Source of the DNA: Octopus vulgaris
Lineage: Eukaryota
Reading direction: 5' to 3'
DNA length: 64,000 nucleotides
Assembly: GCA_951406725.2 (NCBI GenBank)
Contig: OX597818.1
Span: 90,396,001 to 90,460,000 of the forward strand
Part shown: positions 56,253 through 64,000 of the stretch, in pieces
Position numbering within the stretch: the stretch's first letter is position 1
How the letters are laid out: every line of letters begins with the position of its first letter
Made by a program: the position numbers and the translations under genes
Notes under the pieces: generated by a model
The model's database searches: none
The model's input: only the letters and a program-made list of their open reading frames with translations
Told to the model about the DNA's origin: nothing

Positions 56253-56994
56253 TGTTGTGGGCAATAAAGAAATAATTGAATCTTGGGAACTGAATTTACC
56301 AACTCTTTATCAATAGTCTAAAAATGTCATCTTTCTCTTACAATTTACTAACGTTAATGTCCAGAGGGCAACTAACTTCCATAACAGAACATATCTTTTC
56401 TTTGTGATCCCACACAACAATATCTGGCTGTTAGTGTTTTAACTTGGTAGCTGTTTTAACCTTGAAATTTCACCAGTATTCGGACCATCGATCTCCATCT
56501 GTAGGCGTTTTCTTTTATGACATACTGTTTCAGAGTCTTCTGGTTACCGCCTCATGCCTCATGGAAATATAATGTCTGAAAGACATTATCTAGGAGTTGG
56601 CAATTTATTTATGCTGCCGATGCTTCAGTCTTAACCTTGCACAGCCTACATTTGTCGTCTGTCAATGTTTTCTGCTTTTATGCTGTAGGCATTTGCTAAG
56701 GGATCTCTTGTTCATGAGTTGCATGGAGGTGACATTTGAAGTGGATATCATAAACATTTTGGTACTTCATGCCAAGTTTTTGATCAACCTATGCTTTATG
56801 TATTTTGTGCAAGTAACCATTTACTATCTTCTCAGTGAACCGACCCATTTTTAAAAAAATAATCTTCTGATAATTAGATTTTACCAATGCTTCTCAGGGA
56901 GAGTTCTTATTTCATACCTCTCCTCAACTTGATTAGCTATCCTGATTATGTTCTTGATTTCATATACATATATAAGTATGTATGTATATGCATA

Positions 56995-57103
<109 letters not shown>

Positions 57104-57249
57104 TATAGAACCTTCTAGATTCTTCTACTTTCATCCACTTTGACGTCACTCCTTATAAAGGAATATTTTAAAGAGACACTCATTACCGCTATGGGCTCCG
57201 TGTGAGCTATCATCTAAAAGTTTTTTGTGCATTTTGATGTTGACATAAG

Positions 57250-57348
57250 TTCCTTGCTTTTCCTGATGAGAAAGCGGCATAATGTACTCCTTATTCCTTC
57301 GCAATTAGGAATATGCAGCCTTCGAAACATATGTCGAAAATAAAGGAA
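57250..57348 (+). ncRNA. Type-I hammerhead ribozyme with canonical core and extended stems, within a (TA)n-flanked insert (about 57100-57550)
   Basis: Stem I ttccttgcttttc/gaaaataaaggaa (11 of 13); CUGAUGA 57263-69; stem II 9 of 11 plus 7 bp; GAAA CAUAUG UC; predicted cleavage after 57335. Confidence 0.8.
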
Positions 57349-57575
57349 TTTTGTTAATTCGTCGTTCAGCTCCATTCTTTCATATATTTATATTTTTAAA
57401 ATAAACATACAAATTTCCACACGAAAGCACGCAATCTATGCCCTAGGCACGTAATTTAAACCGTGTTTTTTCTGATGTGAATTTGCTACCCAGGTATCGG
57501 TTAATTCGAATTATCCTTAATAAGATAATTCATTCAACTACTCAAATATATGTACATATGTATATATATTTATGG

Positions 57576-57608
<33 letters not shown>

Positions 57609-57734
57609 TATACATATATATATACATATATATGTATATATATATACATATAATTTATTTAAAAGCAGCAGAAATATAACAAAAGCTGTTACTTAGAGTT
57701 TCACGTACCCGTTCGTCGGACAGTTTTGTTAGCA

Positions 57735-57803
<69 letters not shown>

Positions 57804-58424
57804 GCGTATGTGTGTGAGTGCTCATACGTGTGTGCGTGTGCTTGTGTGTGTGTTTATGTGTGTATGCGTGTGTGCTAGTGTGTATATGTATATATGTATA
57901 CGGGTGCATGTATGTGGATATATTTTTAATAAGGATACATATGGATATTAGTTACACCTGCTCACATTATACCTGATATCCAAACTCATACCAGCTGTTA
58001 CCATCCTACCCTGTCCTCTCGTTTGTTTTTCAGACACAGTGCATCAAATGTATACCAATTATTCGATAAAGGAGATTTAGCTGTTATTTCTTGTGGACCG
58101 AGCGACCATATAAATACTTCCTCGATCTATCTTTTGTTTCTTGGGATTCCAGCAATTAGTAGAAAATTCTAAAATTTTCCTAATGTGGGAAATATAATCA
58201 GGGCAATAATTGCCGTAATTGTTGTGGCTGTTGCGTCAGTTATTGTCCGCTACAAACGAAGGAACGTGGGCGGGGGGGGGGGGTTCAAGGCTATCAGCTT
58301 TAGCCTTATCAAAGATAGAATGGTGTCACGTTTTTGATTTCCTGTTTTAGATGTTTAGGAAGGTGCTGAATGCTGTAGCAACCAGTGACAGTTAACTTTT
58401 GACTTTTGTTTATGATTTATCGAT

Positions 58425-58484
<60 letters not shown>

Positions 58485-58515
58485 TTTATCGTCGTCATCA
58501 TCATCATCATCATCA

Positions 58516-58571
<56 letters not shown>

Positions 58572-59574
58572 CGCAACTCGAACAGGATGCAAGAGCATTT
58601 GTGCTAGTAACGAGCGGATATGACCTTTGGCCCTTTTTCAGTATTGCCATTTTAATGGGATTGACTTTATAATTGCATTAGAGTGCAAACGTAAAGAGAT
58701 AATACCTACTAGTGGAAACCCGATGAACTGGTTTCGATCTTCAGACCGATTCATTTTACATTTATACGTAACTAAGGTCGCTTATATTATACGCAAACCA
58801 ATTATTATTCCGTAATCCGCACAGTTAATTGGAAACCTTGCAATCTACGTAAGAAATAATTGTGCGCGCGCACACACTCACACACACACACACACATAAT
58901 CTTTTAGGGAAGAAACACCAATTTCACTTACTAATAACGGAGTTTCTTTGTTGACTCAGTGATTCTGTCGCCAACATGCAGTAATTCTGTAACCAATATA
59001 TGCGTGTATGTATACATACACACACATAAATCGATTCTTTTAACAATGGAACTTGAAGTAGATGATGCTATAAATAATATTATGTACATCGACGAGGTTC
59101 CAAATCCCCATCGACGGGAAACAAATAAATACTACCGGAAGGACTCGAATCAACAATTCCTGCTAGAAAAAGTAGTCAAACACTTATTTTTAAATACAGA
59201 ATAGAAAAACTCGTAGAGTCCATTATGTCTGGGAAGAAAGACGGAATGGTCACAGTTGGGACGTCTTTGATCATATCTGTTCAATCAAATCCAACACCCC
59301 CTTCTCACAGATCCATTACAATCAGAGCTCTCCTGTGGTTAAAACAACTTTATTCACTGAATGATGAAGCAGCTAAAGTTAAAGAAAAGTTGAAAGAATA
59401 AAAGATAGCAAGTATCCATATTCCAGATATTGGGACCCTCTTGACTAGCGTAATTTATTCAGATTTTCTAAGGAAATAAACAGAAAATGTTATGGGATCT
59501 CGGTACATATTATGGCTAATATCCAGAGTTGTACGAAAGTAGTTTCACGGATCTTACAGATTTTTTATTTATTC

Positions 59575-60025
59575 TTTTTAACTAAACAGTTTGAAACTTC
59601 GGATACTGGCTGACTGTATCAGAGGTTTTTCTATTCTGTATATAAAAAAGTTTGGCTACTTTTTCTAACAGGTCATGCAACTACATACAGGCTCCGTCGT
59701 TGGTCTGTCTCAGGAATAATTTTGTTGTTTATTTAGCCTCAAATCAACCCTGATACAGCAAACCTATGCTGCTATAAAAATATCTCTGGTTATTAAAGAG
59801 GGGTTTTGTTTGGAGAGTGAACTCGGAAGTTGTTCGCAAACAGCAGCAGTAATTTTCTCCGGCTGAATATACATCATTGATTGGTTAAAATTACCCAAAT
59901 ACAACAAATTTAACACGAAATAACTTCTAAAATACAAACTTTTGTCAAAAACTTTTAGAGTAAACCGTGTTTTATGCGATACATTCTACCAGTATCCGAA
60001 GTTTCAAAGTGTTTAGTTTTAAAAA
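59575..60025. repeat. Pair of about 30-bp inverted repeats, probable DNA-transposon remnant
   Basis: actaaacagtttgaaacttcggatactgg versus ccagtatccgaagtttcaaagtgtttagt. Confidence 0.6.
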
Positions 60026-60479
60026 GTTGTAATTAGAAATTCTGGCCATCAAATTGAAAAGACCCATTATTTCTAAGAAAATTTCGAATCCCATAAACTC
60101 CATAATTCCCTGTAGAGCTTATAATGGACATCTGTCTCCACCTTGTGGGCTTACAACGTACTTGTGTGTGTGTTACATACCAGGTTAGGACAGTTGGAAT
60201 ATAATCGCTATGAACTGTAAACTAGCACGGCATTTCTTTGATATACGAGAAACTGTCATTGTGTTTACTTACATTAGATATTTATCTCAATGACATGTAA
60301 ACTTTTAGATATATTTTACATAGATGAGGTTATTTAGGTTACAAATTTGTTATTTCTTTGTGCCTTTTATTTACTCTCAGAAAACTGCGAGCAGACAGTA
60401 TTGCTTGCGCGCTGATCAAACTGTTTAACGACATTTTTTCACGGATTTACATTTTTTTACAGATTAGCGACACTTTTTT

Positions 60480-60690
60480 ACGGAGTTCAAATTCCGCCGA
60501 AGTCAACTTTGCCTTTTTAATCTTCTCGGGGTTGATAAAATAAGTACCAGTTCAGCACTGCGTTCGATATAATCGACTAGCCCCCACCCTTTAGCACGGG
60601 AGACTGTCAGCAGGCAGTATAGTGGACGTACTAGATTAGCTCCTCACCCCAACAAATTTCAAACCCTGAGTCTCTAATAGAAACGATTAT
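60480..60690 (+). mobile_element. SINE family B fragment
   Basis: gagttcaaattccgccga.gtcaactttgcc..taagtaccagtt. Confidence 0.7.
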
Positions 60691-61814
60691 TGAGAACAGA
60701 TACTTTTATTTTTTTTCTCAACGGACTGCAGACATTGCCATGCCGTGGCAAAAACCCTGAAGTGCTTAATTAGTGAAATAGATTCCAGTATTTTATTTAA
60801 GTTCAGTAAGTTATCGTAGTTGTTTGCAAATAGTGAATTAAAATTGAAATGAAAACATTCAAAGTGAAAGTGAGAGGGTTTAAAAACGAAAACGAACAAT
60901 TCTCCCTTGCTACGTCCATACCGAAAGTTGGTATTGAAAAACTTTTTGAAAGAAGTGAATCTTATATATATAAAACAATATCATTAATTTTAAAGAAAAA
61001 ATAAACTGAATACTCTATTATTTTGTCCGTAATGAAATCATTTACACATGCCAAGTGTGGAGGCAGTTCGCACAGCCGTTTTGGCATGAAAAGCAAATAC
61101 ATACACACAACACTATTTTATTATATAGATTACAAAACCAGTTTAAGCCAAGATCGATGTAACTGAGTACATTACCCAGAGAAATTTGACGGGTCTAACT
61201 CATAAAATTTGAAGTTTCTTCTACCAAAAATTATATAAGAATTTAATATAAATATTTATTAAATAATTATCAATTGAAAAAGGAGGTAAAAAATTTCAAT
61301 GGAATATACCCATGGAAAAAAACTTCTTTTTAAAACCTCACGGGGTCCTCCTATCATTTAATTCGCAAGAAAAAGTTCTCCACCCCCAAAAACCGCTGAG
61401 TAAACATACCAAAACCATGATATAAAATTTTTGTCGATGCTTGACCGATGCTGATTTAAATTTTTTTGCCGAAACATTGGCATATTACTATTATATACAT
61501 CATATAGGGGCTGAGTCAACTCGCCAGCAAACCATCTCGCCGTTATACAATATATTACAACTGTTAAGTATATTACACATTCTCTTGAATATTTTAACGA
61601 CGATTATAAATAATATACACGTTAAATTTTAAAATTCAATTATCTTCGTGAAGTGGACTCAAATTAAACCGGGCGGTGATTTTCAATCGACTGCGTCGCG
61701 GGCCGAAGCCTTAGAAGGAACATTGGATTTCGGATGTGTAAGAGTAACTGAAATTTTTATCAGACATTAATTAGCATTTGCTGTTGATTTGATAACTGAA
61801 TTGTTTATTAGTCT

Positions 61815-62033
61815 TTTATTCTTTTATTCTTTTACATCTTTCAGTCATTTGAATGTGGTCATGCTGGAGCACCGCTTTTAGTCGAGCAAATCGACACCAG
61901 GACTTATGCTTTGTAAGCCTAGTACTTATTCCATCGGTCACTTTTGCCGAATCCTTAGGTTACGGAGACGTAAACACACCAGCATCGGTTGTCAAGCGAT
62001 GTTGGTGGGGGTGCGGACAGACACAGAAAACGA

Positions 62034-62070
<37 letters not shown>

Positions 62071-62200
62071 GAACGGGCTTCCTTCAGCTTTCGTCTACCA
62101 AATCCACTCACAATGATTTGGTCGGCCCGGGGCTATAGTAGAAGACACTTGCCCAAAGTGCCACGCAGTGGGACTGAACCCGGATCATGTGCTTGGTAAG
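61815..62200 (-). mobile_element. SINE family A
   Basis: Matches 50001-50375 in reverse. Confidence 0.85.
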
Positions 62201-62504
62201 CAATTATAAATTTCTTAAACAATCTCTTTCCTAAGTCAGCGCCTTCCAAGACATCCCCGGATTTTGTCACACCCTAGATATTGCCGCCTCAGGCGGTCGC
62301 CTAGGGGTAGACCCGGACTTGTGTGTGTGCGTGTGTGTGTGCGCGCGTGCGCTGGTAATATATGTGTGTGCCTGAATGTGAGCACCCACGTATACGCACA
62401 AATATACCTACACAAATGCACACACACACACACAAGTAAATACATATGTACATAAGTACATATATGTATGAATGTGTGCGTGTGTGCGTGTGTATATATA
62501 TAGA

Positions 62505-62742
<238 letters not shown>

Positions 62743-63150
62743 TGTATACATTTGCATAAATATATACAAACATACACAGGCACACACACGAATATGAATA
62801 CATATATATATAAACATGTTTATGTATACATATCACCGGCAAATTTTCGCTTACAAAATATAGATCGATCTGAAGCTGTAGCAGAAGACACTTACCCGAA
62901 ATATCAAAGAGTGGAAGCGAACATGGAACAAGGTGATAAGGAAGTGAAATTTAGCTATGATAATGTCTAAAAATATCACTTATCAGCTCCCAGTAAAGGC
63001 AGGATTCACTGCAACCAATGACCTGTGAGCTAAACTCACACGCACTCACTAGCGCACGCATGCACACACACACATTCACACAAACACACATACACAAAAA
63101 AGCGCGGATGCACATTATATATGCATATGTCTATATATATGTATGAATGC

Positions 63151-63237
<87 letters not shown>

Positions 63238-63284
63238 CATACATACATACATATATATATATATGTATATACACATATATATAT

Positions 63285-63354
<70 letters not shown>

Positions 63355-63617
63355 TGTGAGTAGGGTGTTAAAAAAACAAGCGCTAAAATTCTGTAATTAC
63401 CGTGCGTATTTTTGGGACAATTATGGTCCCTGTTGGTGTATATGTTTTCATTCACGTACGTTTACTACAGCATTATAGCATTTTAGCTCTTATTTCTAGC
63501 AATATGGATGTTTTTTTACTCATTAGTCACATTTAGCAGTATACTTTCCCATAATCTAGCCGTTTGGCAAAAAGTAACCGATAGAAACAGCACTCGGCTT
63601 GATTTCTTCGACTAAAC

Positions 63618-63937
63618 CAGGGTCCATATATAATTCTTGGGTGGTCCAGGCAAGCAAAACAGTGAATGAAGGTTCAATATTGATATTTTAAGGGTCTAAG
63701 AAAAGTTTTGATTTAAACGTACGCATTGAATCTATTAGCTATGTTTCTTTCTCGAACATTTTACATAGCTCAACCTATACAGGTGAATGAGTGAAAAGCA
63801 AAATAGTAGGTTTGAAAGAAGTAAGTATAAAATTAGATTTTAAAGCATCGAAAGACTATGGGGGGGGGGGGTCCATCAGAATAAAATAGTAAAGGAAAGG
63901 GTTCATAGATTAAAAATAAAATGTTTGGGTACCACTG
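63618..63937. mobile_element. hAT-like MITE splitting a SINE A tail (63558-63617 and 63950-64000)
   Basis: cag...ccactg ends; homologous to 4181-4519. Confidence 0.55.
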
Positions 63938-64000
63938 GGTGAAAGTTTCAAGTCGGTGCCCCAGTATGGCCGCAGTCTAATGATTGAAACAAGTAAAAGT

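Overview
AT-rich eukaryotic DNA saturated with microsatellites ((TA)n, (CA)n, (TATG)n, (AAT)n, (CCA)n, (GA)n) and interspersed repeats. The tRNA-derived SINE families and repeat composition suggest an octopus (coleoid cephalopod) genome; this is an inference from recall, not a search. Nearly all ORFs in the supplied track are microsatellite artefacts. Protein-like signal comes from decayed transposons (two CR1-type and two RTE-type LINE fragments, two REL-endonuclease LINE fragments, a Tigger/pogo, a mariner end, Penelope-like remnants) and from three minus-strand candidate coding segments: a clean spliced exon at 37966-38198 and two paralogous short ORFs/exons (ATG at 18919 and 30944) inside an old tandem duplication (~18.3-26 kb vs ~30.7-34.4 kb). 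The most striking hidden system is about ten minimal type-I hammerhead ribozyme motifs on short, microsatellite-embedded, often fold-back Penelope-type elements. They include canonical C3-G8 cores and compensatory U3-A8 (UUGANAA) and G3-C8 (GUGAACA) cores that a CUGANGA-only search would miss. Coordinates were read by eye, and repeat boundaries are approximate.
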